NCBI GenBank assembly: GCA_963706645.1
Contig: CAVPNR010000018.1
Span: 151,818 to 215,817, forward strand
Source of the DNA: an uncultured Acidobacteriaceae bacterium
Lineage (GTDB): Bacteria; Acidobacteriota; Terriglobia; Terriglobales; Acidobacteriaceae
Reading direction: 5' to 3'
DNA length: 64,000 nt
The notes beneath the pieces are model-generated. The model was not told the DNA's origin, did no database searches, and saw only the letters and a list, made by a program, of their open reading frames with translations. A program made the translations under genes and the position numbers. Every line of letters begins with the position of its first letter. Position 1 is the stretch's first letter. Positions 37,593-47,261 of the stretch are shown one piece after another.

Positions 37593-37800
37593 ATTTCCAA
37601 CGCTTTGTCATCCCGAGGGAGCGCGTACTTTGCGCGAGTCGAGGGACCTGCTGTTTAGGTTTCGTGGAAGGGCACGGCTTCAGCCGTGCCGTAACAAAAA
37701 CAAACCTCGACGGCTTTAGCCGCTGAGGCCAATAAGTCGTCGGGTGGACGCAAGCTGTGAAGGGGGCACGGCAAACGTGGCCCCTTGTTTTATTTGCCAC

Positions 37801-39912
37801 ATGTTGAATGCAGACGATTCCGAAAGCGTGCTCGCGATGCGCTCGCTCGCGAGTGTGGCAGCATCAGGGAGCAGACCCATCGTTTTCTGGGTGGGAGCCG
37901 GAGCAAGCAAATGGCTTGGGTACCCATTGTGGAAGGACTTGTCTCTCCAACTACGTAAGGCGTTTTTTCAGCGCGTTTCCGGTTTCGACAACCATCAAGC
38001 GGAGAGGCTACTCAACGCAGAACGGTACCCGGAATTATTTCAGATTTGCCGAAATCTCGACAGTGGACATTACAACAAGTTTCTTGTCGATATCTTCAAA
38101 CCAAGAGTTCAGGATGGGCCTTACGGGACATTTGTTGAACTTCTCAGGGAAATCAACCCTCTGTTCGTCGTGACGACGAACGTAGATGAGGCCCTCGAAA
38201 AGAGCCTCCCCGCGGCGGTGACGGTACAAAGAACAGATCTCAGTAGATGCGTAGACTTTCTGCAAACAAAGACGCCGTTCGTGGCTAAGCTGCATGGATC
38301 GATCAGTTCGGTGCGCTCGATGGTCTTTACAACCGAGGACTATAGCGAACTGGTTTCAGATCCTCATTACATTCAGTCGCTGAAATACATCTTCACGGGA
38401 TGCACGGTCGTCTTCTTAGCATATGGAGTTCGTGATTCCTACGTCGTCAGTCTTCTGCGAGACAACGTAGCGCACATGGAGCTATTTGGCGCGGGGCCTC
38501 ATTTTGTTGTTACTAACGGCCCCGCGCCCGTCCCATCGCTTCGTAGAATCCGCTATCTAGTTAAGGTCAAACCTGACCACAGCGCAGCGTTAAATGTATT
38601 GGCTCACATAGCTCAGTCTGCAACCCGTACTGCTCCCACAACACTCGATGTTCAAGGGCCGAACTCAACGAGTCAAGATGGGGCGAAGGCGCCCGGACGC
38701 GTCCCGCCTGGAAAAACGGCTTACTACATCACCGATCTATTGCCAGGAGATTTTCAAGAAATTACGGCTGGCAGGGAGGGGACCGAAATAGAAGCATCAT
38801 TTGGTCTCGGTTTCACGGCAGAGGAAATGCCTTTCACTGCGTCCACGGCTCTACATGATATTACGGTCGCTCTCATCTGCTTCGACTACGTCTACCTTCC
38901 GGCAGGAGCCTTAGGGCTGATTTTTACACTGGTGGGCGAACCCCTTTTTCGCGAGCTCATAACGGGAGACGTCATCCGCTTCATACACGACATAACCAGA
39001 CTTGGTGTTTTCTTTAGTCCTCACCAGGCGATGGGGTCCCTCGGAAACGCCACCGCACGCTCGAAAGATGGAGCATCTGCACGACCCCTTTCGGATGTAA
39101 TTCGAAGGTCCTTTTCTCCTATCGCGGGAAAAGAAGTGGAGGCGGAGAAGCTATTTTCGGACATCGAGCGGCGGACCTGTGTTTATCGAAAGGCAGACGA
39201 GATAGAATTCACCTCACTCGTCCGTGGCGCTCTACTGATGCCTGCAGTATCGACGTTACTAGGAATCGGGGACTGCATCTTACCCACACAAGTGCCTCGC
39301 TGGCTGAGATACCCCTATCTGAGACTTGGCCACCTGGTACAGACCGCGGTGTTGTGTGGCGAATATGGAATCCAGGCTGCAAAGGTTTCGTTCGGTGGCA
39401 TCCAGCTAACAAACGCGGCGTTTGGGGTGGAGCCCACAGGGAATTCCGCGGATCACCTAGCGAGCTATGTAACGGCAGGTGCGTACAATGCGGATCTAGG
39501 TGCTCTAGTGCTACAGAACCCCCCCATCGTAAAGCAGATTCTGCATTTTCGGGACTCGTCGGCAGGTCAAGCATTTCGGGCGGAGATTCGGCAGGTTTTG
39601 GCCGCAGAGAATGGACCTGAATTCAACGCTTCGGTAAACGCTGGTTTGTCACGAGCAATCCCAGTTACCATTCTCCAACAGGCCCGAGACAAGATGCTAA
39701 CCCTAATGACGGAAAGCACCCGCGCGACCGTGGTGCCTGCGGTGTGGGGAAATGTTCTTTATTCCGACTCAGTCACGAAGCGATGGCGTGACAGGAGCGC
39801 GAAAATGCTTGTGGAGTTGTGCCAATCGAGGAACATAACGAAAGACGATCCCTGCATCTGTGGCTCTGGAGAAAAATTGCGGCTGTGCTGCATGGCGCCA
39901 CTTCGCCACTGA
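37801..39912 (+). CDS. SIR2-like (SIR2_2/ThsA-type) domain protein with unassigned C-terminal region and SEC-C motif
   Basis: The ORF is open from 37744 and ATG 37801 is the likely start. 'VFWVGAGASKWLGYPLW', 'FVVTTNVDEALE' and 'AKLHGSI' occur in SIR2_2 order. The C-terminal 'CICGSGEKLRLCC' is a SEC-C motif. Confidence 0.7.
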   Translation: MLNADDSESVLAMRSLASVAASGSRPIVFWVGAGASKWLGYPLWKDLSLQLRKAFFQRVSGFDNHQAERLLNAERYPELFQICRNLDSGHYNKFLVDIFKPRVQDGPYGTFVELLREINPLFVVTTNVDEALEKSLPAAVTVQRTDLSRCVDFLQTKTPFVAKLHGSISSVRSMVFTTEDYSELVSDPHYIQSLKYIFTGCTVVFLAYGVRDSYVVSLLRDNVAHMELFGAGPHFVVTNGPAPVPSLRRIRYLVKVKPDHSAALNVLAHIAQSATRTAPTTLDVQGPNSTSQDGAKAPGRVPPGKTAYYITDLLPGDFQEITAGREGTEIEASFGLGFTAEEMPFTASTALHDITVALICFDYVYLPAGALGLIFTLVGEPLFRELITGDVIRFIHDITRLGVFFSPHQAMGSLGNATARSKDGASARPLSDVIRRSFSPIAGKEVEAEKLFSDIERRTCVYRKADEIEFTSLVRGALLMPAVSTLLGIGDCILPTQVPRWLRYPYLRLGHLVQTAVLCGEYGIQAAKVSFGGIQLTNAAFGVEPTGNSADHLASYVTAGAYNADLGALVLQNPPIVKQILHFRDSSAGQAFRAEIRQVLAAENGPEFNASVNAGLSRAIPVTILQQARDKMLTLMTESTRATVVPAVWGNVLYSDSVTKRWRDRSAKMLVELCQSRNITKDDPCICGSGEKLRLCCMAPLRH

Positions 39913-40410
39913 GCGAGGCGGGGCTCAGCCTTTTGGTTTTGATTTCCTCTCCAACACATGGCTGCGGCGTACCCCGTCTCTTCGACTGCGCTCAGGGCAG
40001 GCTCTTGCGTTCTTTGCAAGGGCGGGTAGCGATGCGGCCGATGGCTTTTGTTTCGAACTCACGTGGCGTTTCTGCCGTCCCTCCGGGACTCGGTTCCATT
40101 TCCCTGGCACTGACCCAGGACTGAAGTCCTGGGCTATTTTTGTTGCGTCGCTCCGCGACTGGGTTTCCCTAGCGGCTGAAGCCGACCTTCGATTCTCGCG
40201 TTATTGGCACGGCTGAAGCCGAGCCCTTCCCTGTCGTCTCCCCAAGCAGTTTTCCACAGAATCTTGGAGTTTTCCTCAGGCGGAGTATGTGACGGATGAC
40301 CTTTACTGAGGATTCTAGAACTGGAATAGTCGGGCTGGGAGCGCGGAAAGCGAGTTCCTCGCTCTGACCAACCAAGCCGAAGGATCGAAGGGGAAAGAAT
40401 CACGAGCAAG

Positions 40411-41037
40411 ATGAGCCAGGGAATCGAAAATCCGGGACGTAACTCCTTATTCCGCAATATTTTACCCGCAAGTCCTTATGGCTCAAGATTTTGGGCATAC
40501 CTCGACCCATATCAACCCCGCAAGTTACAGAAAGGAAAGATTTTAGCTGAGGGGCGTAAAAAAAGTGAGAGGCCCTCAAGCTGGCATCGCCACTGCAAGG
40601 AGCGCGGGGAGTGGGCGGAGCTTTGTTTTATGACGCTGGCCAAGGGAATGAGTTTGGGGAGTGTTGAAGCCGTTTGGGGAGTCGGGACGGTATGACGTGG
40701 CGGTGGAGAATGGAGGTCCGATCTGGCGGGTGCAGGTGAAGTCGACGATCTATTGCCGGCGCGGGAATGAGTACAGCTTGAATGTGATGGGGCCGGGGAG
40801 GAAGCAATATAAGAAAGGCACGGTGGACTTTTTTGCGGTGTGGGTGATTCCGGAGGAGGAGTGGTACATCATTCCGTATGCGGCGATGGGGAAGAAGAAG
40901 ACGCTGTGCATTTCACGGCGGGGAGCGAGCGGGCGAAGTGGGCGCGGTATCGGGAGGCTTGGGATCTGTTGAAGGTGGTGGAGATTCGGGCTTGTGTGGA
41001 TCCGTTGTATGAGGAGGAGATTTCGGAATGTGATTGA
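40411..41037 (+). pseudogene. PD-(D/E)XK endonuclease (group-I-intron-associated type), disrupted by two frameshifts
   Basis: Three consecutive frames read '...KERGEWAELCFMTLAKGMSLG', then 'LKPFGESGRYDVAVENGGPIWRVQVKST...WYIIPYAAMGKKKT', then 'HFTAGSERAKWARYREAWDLLKVV'. Joined, they give one PD..(D/E)XK-type protein. The true 5' limit is uncertain. Confidence 0.55.
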
Positions 41038-41055
41038 TGGGTGAGTAGAGTCAAA

Positions 41056-41099
41056 GTCCCCACCCTAAGCCGCAAAGAACGCGGCTTAGGATGGGGCAC
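41056..41099. repeat. REP-like palindrome, family B variant
   Basis: gtccccaccctaagccgcaaagaacgcggcttaggatggggcac. Confidence 0.7.
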
Positions 41100-41199
41100 C
41101 CGGATGGTCCCAGAATAGGATCGGTCTGCAAACCTTTGGGTCGGGCTTGCAACCTCTGATATCTGTCGAGAAAGCGGGAGGAGACGCCAGCATTGAGGA

Positions 41200-41778
41200 A
41201 TGAAGTTTTCATTCCTCCCCCTGCTGTTGAGTGTTCTCGTGTCCCCAAGTGTGGCATCGAGCGTGACCATCACCACCAAGAGCGTGCCGAACGGCACGGT
41301 TGAAACCGCATATTCTGCGGTAATCCAGGCGAGCGGCGGATGCACGCCCGACAAGTGGACGATCGCATCCGGAAAACTGCCGGCGGGCGTCACCTCGACG
41401 GTGTCGCACACGACGAAGTCGCTGACGCTGGCCGGAACGCCGACCACCGCGGCCACCTATTCCTTCACGGTGAAGGTCACGGGATGCGGCGGAGGAACGT
41501 CGCAGGTCGCATACACGGTCGTGATCCAGGGGTCGTCGAACCACGTGGTGGACCTGAGCTGGAAGGCTTCGACGTCAACGGACGTGGTGGGCTACAACGT
41601 GTATCGCGGTCCCGACGGGGTCAGCTGGACGAAGATCAATGCGAGCCTGGTGCCCTCGACCTTGTACAGCGATTCCACGGTAGCCAATGGCACGACGTAC
41701 TATTATGCGGCGACGTCAGTGGACGTGTCAGGCGATGAGAGTTCGAAGACCGCGCCGGTGAAGGCGGTTGTGCCCTGA
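41200..41778 (+). CDS. Secreted protein with Ig-like (He_PIG-type) and fibronectin type III domains
   Basis: 192 aa with a signal peptide. It has 'LPNGTVETAYSAVIQASGG...LPAGVT...GTPTTAATYSFTVKVTG' and then 'VVDLSWKAS...VVGYNVYRG...YYYAATSVDVSGDES'. Confidence 0.65.
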   Translation: MKFSFLPLLLSVLVSPSVASSVTITTKSVPNGTVETAYSAVIQASGGCTPDKWTIASGKLPAGVTSTVSHTTKSLTLAGTPTTAATYSFTVKVTGCGGGTSQVAYTVVIQGSSNHVVDLSWKASTSTDVVGYNVYRGPDGVSWTKINASLVPSTLYSDSTVANGTTYYYAATSVDVSGDESSKTAPVKAVVP

Positions 41779-41859
41779 GTCTCACGGGCCGCGGCTGGAT
41801 TGGTGACCGCCGAATCCTTGCCTGCGAAGGACACGAAGGTTTTACTCAGGAATGCTGCC

Positions 41860-43206
41860 TTACTTCTTGCTTGCCGATTTCTTCTTCTCTTTAACCTTGC
41901 CGACGTTTTTGTTTCCGCCGAAGACGCGGGCGAAAATCTTATCTACATTTTTCAGTTGGCGTGGGAGGTCGAAGGCATATTCGATCTGCTTGCGCGGGAC
42001 TTTGCTGGTGATTTCTTTGTCGGCCAGGACGAGTTGATGGAAGTCTAGATTTCCCTTCCAGGCGCGCATGGCGTGGGATTGGACGAGGCGGTAGGCGTCT
42101 TCGCGGCTCACACCGTGCTCAACCAGATCGAGCAGCAACTGTCCGCTGAAGATGAGGCCGTGCGTGCTTTCCAGATTGGCGCGCATGCGGTCGGGATAGA
42201 CGAATAGCGCGTCGATCAGGTTCGTGGTCTTGGTCAGGAGATAGTCGACGAGCGTGGTCGAGTCGGGGAGGATGACGCGCTCGGCGGAGGAGTGCGAGAT
42301 ATCGCGCTCGTGCCAGAGGGCAACGTTTTCGAGTCCTGCCTGGGCGTTGCTGCGGACGACGCGCGCGAGGCCGCTGATCTGCTCGGCAGTCACCGGATTG
42401 CGCTTGTGCGGCATGGCGGAGGATCCCTTTTGCTTTTCGCTGAAGAACTCCTCGGCTTCGCGAACTTCGGTGCGTTGCAGGTGGCGGATCTCAGTGGCGA
42501 TCTTGTCGAGCGTCGATGCGATGACGGCAAGCGTGCCGAGATAGTGCGCGTGGCGGTCGCGCTGGATGACTTGCGAGGAAACCGCGGCGGCTTTCAGTCC
42601 CAGGCGCGCACAGATCTTTTCTTCGAGTTCGGGCGTGAGGTGGGCGAAGATCCCCACTGCGCCGGAGAACTTTCCTATCCGCATGTCTTCAGCCGCAGCC
42701 ATGAAGCGTGCGATGTTGCGCTGCGTCTCGGAATACCAGTTGGCGATCTTGAATCCGAAGGTGATGGGCTCGGCATGGACTCCGTGGGTGCGGCCGACCA
42801 TGGGGGTGTCTTTGAACTCCCAGGCGCGGCGTTCGAGGACTTCGGCGAGGCGTTGGAGATCCTGGGCGATGACTTGCGAAGACTGGCGGATGAGCAGGGC
42901 CTGCGCGGTGTCGACGACGTCGTTGGAAGTGAGTCCGTAGTGGAACCAGCGGGCATGCGGGCCGACTATTTCCGCGACGGCGGTGGTGAAGGCGATGACG
43001 TCGTGGCGGACCTCGGCTTCGATCTCGTGGATGCGCTCGACGCGGAAGTCGGCGCGCTCGCGGATGGCGCGGGCGGCGTCTTTGGGGACGAGTCCGGCTT
43101 CGGCTAACGTCTCAGTGGCGGCGACTTCGACGGCCAGCCAGGTACGAAAGCGATTTTCGTCGCTCCAGATGCGAGCCATCTCCGGACGGGTGTAACGCGG
43201 GATCAC
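41860..43206 (-). CDS. purB: Adenylosuccinate lyase
   Basis: 'MIPRYTRPEM..IWSDENRF..WL.VE' and 'SSAMPHKRNP' (the fumarate-lyase signature). It has an unusual Lys-rich tail of about 17 aa. Confidence 0.95.
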   Translation of the reverse strand: MIPRYTRPEMARIWSDENRFRTWLAVEVAATETLAEAGLVPKDAARAIRERADFRVERIHEIEAEVRHDVIAFTTAVAEIVGPHARWFHYGLTSNDVVDTAQALLIRQSSQVIAQDLQRLAEVLERRAWEFKDTPMVGRTHGVHAEPITFGFKIANWYSETQRNIARFMAAAEDMRIGKFSGAVGIFAHLTPELEEKICARLGLKAAAVSSQVIQRDRHAHYLGTLAVIASTLDKIATEIRHLQRTEVREAEEFFSEKQKGSSAMPHKRNPVTAEQISGLARVVRSNAQAGLENVALWHERDISHSSAERVILPDSTTLVDYLLTKTTNLIDALFVYPDRMRANLESTHGLIFSGQLLLDLVEHGVSREDAYRLVQSHAMRAWKGNLDFHQLVLADKEITSKVPRKQIEYAFDLPRQLKNVDKIFARVFGGNKNVGKVKEKKKSASKK

Positions 43207-43440
43207 GGTGGGGTTCTCCTGTGGGTGCGGCGAAATTGTGGACTAGAGATTCTAAATGGATCGTGGGAAAGAGTGCCAGCGGGCGCGTGGCTTCGCGGAC
43301 TTCCGGGAACAAACCTAAACCACTAAGAACTGCTCGGAAGAAAAACTTCACCACTAAGGTCACTAAGGTTCACGAAGGAAACCCCAGGCGGAATCAGACT
43401 GAGCTAGATGGTTGGAAACCGGGGACACGGCAGCCGAAAA

Positions 43441-43479
43441 GCCCCACTTCTCTCGCAGTAGCGGCGCGAGAAATGGGGC
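43441..43479. repeat. REP-like palindrome, family B
   Basis: gccccacttctctcgcagtagcggcgcgagaaatggggc. Confidence 0.8.
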
Positions 43480-43585
43480 ACCCGAGACTACCCTGTGCAG
43501 TCCGGGGACGCTGACAAGCATGAGCACGGTATATCGTTTCACGATATAATATTCATGGACTATCGCAAGACGATACAATCGGCGC

Positions 43586-44017
43586 ATGAGGAAGCTCACC
43601 CTGTCGGACTATCAGGCATTGGCCGAGTTCCGGTACCAGATCCGGAAGTTTTTGCGTTTCAGCGAGCAGGCGGTGCAGGCGGCCGGACTGGAGCGCGGGC
43701 AGTATCAACTCATGCTGGCGATCAAGGGTATACCGGAGGGAGTGCGGCCGAGGATTCGGGAACTGGCGGAGCGGATGCACATCCAGCATCACAGCGCGGT
43801 GGAATTGGTCAACCGGCTGGAGAAGGGTGGGTACGTGCAGAGGGAGCGGGCGCAGGAAGACCGGCGTGAGGTGTTGCTGGCTCTGACGGCGAAGGGAGAG
43901 CGGGTACTGGGAGAGCTTGCGTTGCATCATCACGAGGAGTTGCGTAGCGCAGCGCCCGGGCTGGTGGCGGCATTGCAGCGGTTGATGCCCGAGAGGGAGA
44001 AGCGTAGCGCGAGTTGA
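43586..44017 (+). CDS. MarR family transcriptional regulator
   Basis: 143 aa. 'GLERGQYQLMLAIKG...IRELAERMHIQHHSAVELVNRLEKGGYVQRERAQEDRREVLLALTAKG' is a winged-helix MarR pattern. Confidence 0.85.
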   Translation: MRKLTLSDYQALAEFRYQIRKFLRFSEQAVQAAGLERGQYQLMLAIKGIPEGVRPRIRELAERMHIQHHSAVELVNRLEKGGYVQRERAQEDRREVLLALTAKGERVLGELALHHHEELRSAAPGLVAALQRLMPEREKRSAS

Positions 44018-44184
44018 TCGGAGGATGCAGCAGGGTTTAGAAGCGTACCTCCGAGGGCCAAAGCCCTTTTTGATAGCTGAGCCCAGATTCGCAGCGCTGA
44101 AGCGCGCGCTGCGCCACCCCAAACCCGAGGGCCCGCCTGCGTCGCGCATTTCCCGAGACACTCAGAGGACGGTTCAACATACGG

Positions 44185-45984
44185 ATGGCAACTAACGCAC
44201 CTCGAAACTCGACTTTGACAACGCAGCCGGCGCAGTTTCGCATTGTGCTGGTGTCGTTTCTGGCGGCGGCGATTGGGCTCGTGGCTGGACTGGTGGCTTA
44301 CGCGCTTTACAAGCTGATTGGACTGTTCACGAATCTGTTTTTCTTCCACGAATGGTCGACGACTTTCCGGAGCGTGGGATCGCATCATCTGGGCGCATGG
44401 GTGATTCTGGTTCCGGTGGCAGGCGGGCTGATCGTGGGAGTGATGGCGAAGTATGGATCGTCGAAGATCAAGGGGCACGGAATTCCGGAGGCGATGGAGG
44501 CGGTGCTGACGAACCGCAGCCGGATCGAGCCGAAGGTGGCGATTCTGAAGCCGATTTCGGCGGCGATCGCGATTGGGACCGGCGGGCCGTTCGGCGCCGA
44601 AGGACCGATCATTCAGACGGGCGGAGCGCTGGGTTCGCTGGTAGGGCAGGTATTGCATACGACCGCGGTAGAAAGGAAAGTGTTGCTGGCGTGCGGTGCG
44701 GCTGCCGGAATGTCGGCGACGTTTAACACTCCGATTGCGGGAGTGATTCTCGCGATTGAGTTGCTGCTGTTTGAGTTCAAGTCGCGGTCGTTTATTCCTC
44801 TTGTCATTGCCAGCACGCTGGCCACTGCGGTCCACATGCAGCTTTTGGGCGCGGGCCCTATGTTTCAAGTGGGGACCATGGACTTCGGGATTCCGCATGC
44901 GCTGCCCTTTTACCTTGTGCTGGGGCCGATCTGTGGATTAGCCGCCGTGGGGTTGAGCAAGGCGCTGTATTGGGTGGAGGATTCATTCGAGAAACTCCCC
45001 TTCGACGAGCTGTGGTGGCCGGCAGTTGGGGCGCTGGCGCTGGGGATCATTGGATACTTTGTGCCGCGCGTGTTCGGCGTGGGATACGACACGATTGGGG
45101 ATATTCTCAACGGGCATCTGGTGTGGAAGATTCTTCTGGTGGTGATGATCGCGAAGTTTGCTGCGCTGGTGATTTCGTTGGGATCAGGGACGTCGGGAGG
45201 ATTGCTGGCTCCGACGTTCATGTGGAGCGCAGCCATGGGCGGGCTGTTTGCGATGATTGCAAATCGGGCCTTTCCTTCGGCACATCTTTCGCCGGGCGCG
45301 TTCGCGCTGGTGGCGATGGGCGCGGTGTTTGGAGCGGCGTCGCGGGCGACGTTCTCGTTCATTATTTTCGCGTTTGAGATTACGAGGGACTACAACTCGG
45401 TTTTGCCGTTGATGCTGGTGGCCGTGATCGCAGACGGGATCGCGATGTTGTTCATGCCCAACAGCTCCATCATGACGGAGAAGCTAGCGCGGCGCGGACT
45501 GCGCGTGCATCAGGACTACGAGGCGGATGCTCTGACGCAGGCGACGGTCGGAGAAACGATGGAGAAAGAAGCGCCAGTGGTCTCTGCCGATACAAAGGTG
45601 GGAACGCTGGCCGAGCGGATTGCTCGACATGATCCGGCAGTGGCGCGGCATGAGGCGCTGCTGATTCTGGACGATGCGGGGCGACTGGCGGGGATCATCA
45701 CGCGGAGCGATCTGCTGCGCGCGCTGGATAAGGATTCGTCGGGGGCGGCAACGGTGCTGGAAGCCGGCAGCACACATCTGGTGGTCACGTATCCGGATGA
45801 GTTGGTGTCGGAGGCGGCGGCGAAACTGCTGCGCTTCGACATTGGGCGCTTGCCGGTGGTGGAGCGGACGGACGAGCGCAAGGTGGTGGGATACCTGGGA
45901 CGAGCGACGATTCTGGCCACGCGACTGCTGCGGTTCCATGACGAGCATGTGCGCGAACCGGGGTGGCTTACGGTCGCGAGATGA
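44185..45984 (+). CDS. ClC-family chloride channel/antiporter with C-terminal CBS pair
   Basis: 'GHGIPE', 'GGPFGAEGP' and 'GGLLAPTF' match the ClC selectivity motifs. The C-terminal about 150 aa are CBS-like. Confidence 0.9.
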   Translation: MATNAPRNSTLTTQPAQFRIVLVSFLAAAIGLVAGLVAYALYKLIGLFTNLFFFHEWSTTFRSVGSHHLGAWVILVPVAGGLIVGVMAKYGSSKIKGHGIPEAMEAVLTNRSRIEPKVAILKPISAAIAIGTGGPFGAEGPIIQTGGALGSLVGQVLHTTAVERKVLLACGAAAGMSATFNTPIAGVILAIELLLFEFKSRSFIPLVIASTLATAVHMQLLGAGPMFQVGTMDFGIPHALPFYLVLGPICGLAAVGLSKALYWVEDSFEKLPFDELWWPAVGALALGIIGYFVPRVFGVGYDTIGDILNGHLVWKILLVVMIAKFAALVISLGSGTSGGLLAPTFMWSAAMGGLFAMIANRAFPSAHLSPGAFALVAMGAVFGAASRATFSFIIFAFEITRDYNSVLPLMLVAVIADGIAMLFMPNSSIMTEKLARRGLRVHQDYEADALTQATVGETMEKEAPVVSADTKVGTLAERIARHDPAVARHEALLILDDAGRLAGIITRSDLLRALDKDSSGAATVLEAGSTHLVVTYPDELVSEAAAKLLRFDIGRLPVVERTDERKVVGYLGRATILATRLLRFHDEHVREPGWLTVAR

Positions 45985-46082
45985 CTTTGGCAGCGCGAAG
46001 GTCGAATTACGTTGGTAAGGCTGCGTCGGCAGGAGCGGCGGCTGGGAAAGTGAGTCTCCCAAGTATAATTGGGGACAATTCC

Positions 46083-46388
46083 ATGACTCCTGGCCGAATG
46101 GGTTGCGCGCTCGCAGTGGTGGCGGTGATCTGCGTGCTAGCAGTGTTCTTTTTCCCCGCCATGGAAGGGCCTTATTCGGTGGTACACGGTCCGGTTACGG
46201 CGCTGCTTTCGGCGCGCGCGGCGGCGGGTGTGCGCATCGCAATCGTTCGCGCTGGCCTAAACCCTGTGCGTAGCGGCCTCAGTTACGCGCAGACCGTTCC
46301 ACTGCCGTTGTTCTGGATAGAAACTTCCCTTGCAGGTTTCGAAGGCGGCAGTTCGCCTGCCGATTCGAGTCTGATTCTCCGCTGCTGA
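46083..46388 (+). CDS. Hypothetical small membrane protein
   Basis: The ATG at 46083 gives 101 aa with one TM segment (CALAVVAVICVLAVFFFP). The RBS is weak and there is a competing antisense ORF. Confidence 0.25.
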   Translation: MTPGRMGCALAVVAVICVLAVFFFPAMEGPYSVVHGPVTALLSARAAAGVRIAIVRAGLNPVRSGLSYAQTVPLPLFWIETSLAGFEGGSSPADSSLILRC

Positions 46389-46535
46389 TTCCATTCAAGT
46401 CCCACCCAAATCTCTCAACATCCCAGTCGCGGTCGCGAAAGATCCTGTGGATCGTGCGGGCTCTTCCGCGACTGGCGGACCGTTGGGTAAGTCTCTTGGC
46501 CATTTCAGACTTGACTCTTCAGGAGGAGGACTCCA

Positions 46536-47261
46536 TTGACACAGACAGTGAAGATACTTACGCTCGCAACAGTTCTTGCAGGTGTGTTGTCATTCTCAGG
46601 GTGCAGCAAGAAGGCAGCCCAGGCGACGCCGCCATCTCCGCCGCCACCGGCCGCGCCGACGGCCACTCTGGCCGCGAACCCAGCGGCGATTCAGCAGGGA
46701 CAGGCCACGACGCTGACATGGCATACCGACAACGCAACTCAGGCCACGATTGAGGGTCTCGGAACACTGCCGCCATCGGGATCCAGATCGATCACACCGG
46801 GCAGTTCCATCACGTACACACTGGTCGCGAAGGGGCCGGGAGGAACGAGCGACGCTTCGGCTCGGGTAACGGTCAATGAGCGTGCTGCGTACGTGGCTCC
46901 ATCCCCGACGGATGAAGATCTGTTCGCGAAGAACGTGCGGGACATTTTCTTCGACTACGACAAGGCGAGTATCCGGCCGGATGAAGTACCGGCTGCACAG
47001 GGAGATGCGGCATTCCTCTTGCAGCACAAGTCGATCAAGGTCATGGTGGAGGGGCACTGCGACGACCGGGGCTCGGAGGAATACAACCTGGCGCTGGGAA
47101 CGAGCCGGGCGGAATCGCTGAAGCGATCGCTGTTGCAGCAGGGGGTATCGGAGGAACGCATCAAGACGATCAGTTACGGGAAGGAACGTCCGCTGTGCGC
47201 GGACGACAACGACCAGTGCTGGCAGAAGAATCGAGTCGACCACTTCGCGCTGGCGCGATGA
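46536..47261 (+). CDS. pal: Peptidoglycan-associated lipoprotein (OmpA/Pal family)
   Basis: TTG start 6 nt after AGGAGGAGG; lipobox 'LSFSGC'; an Ig-like insert; OmpA_C block 'FDYDKASIRPDE...EGHCDDRGSEEYNLALGTSRAESL'. Confidence 0.88.
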   Translation: MTQTVKILTLATVLAGVLSFSGCSKKAAQATPPSPPPPAAPTATLAANPAAIQQGQATTLTWHTDNATQATIEGLGTLPPSGSRSITPGSSITYTLVAKGPGGTSDASARVTVNERAAYVAPSPTDEDLFAKNVRDIFFDYDKASIRPDEVPAAQGDAAFLLQHKSIKVMVEGHCDDRGSEEYNLALGTSRAESLKRSLLQQGVSEERIKTISYGKERPLCADDNDQCWQKNRVDHFALAR

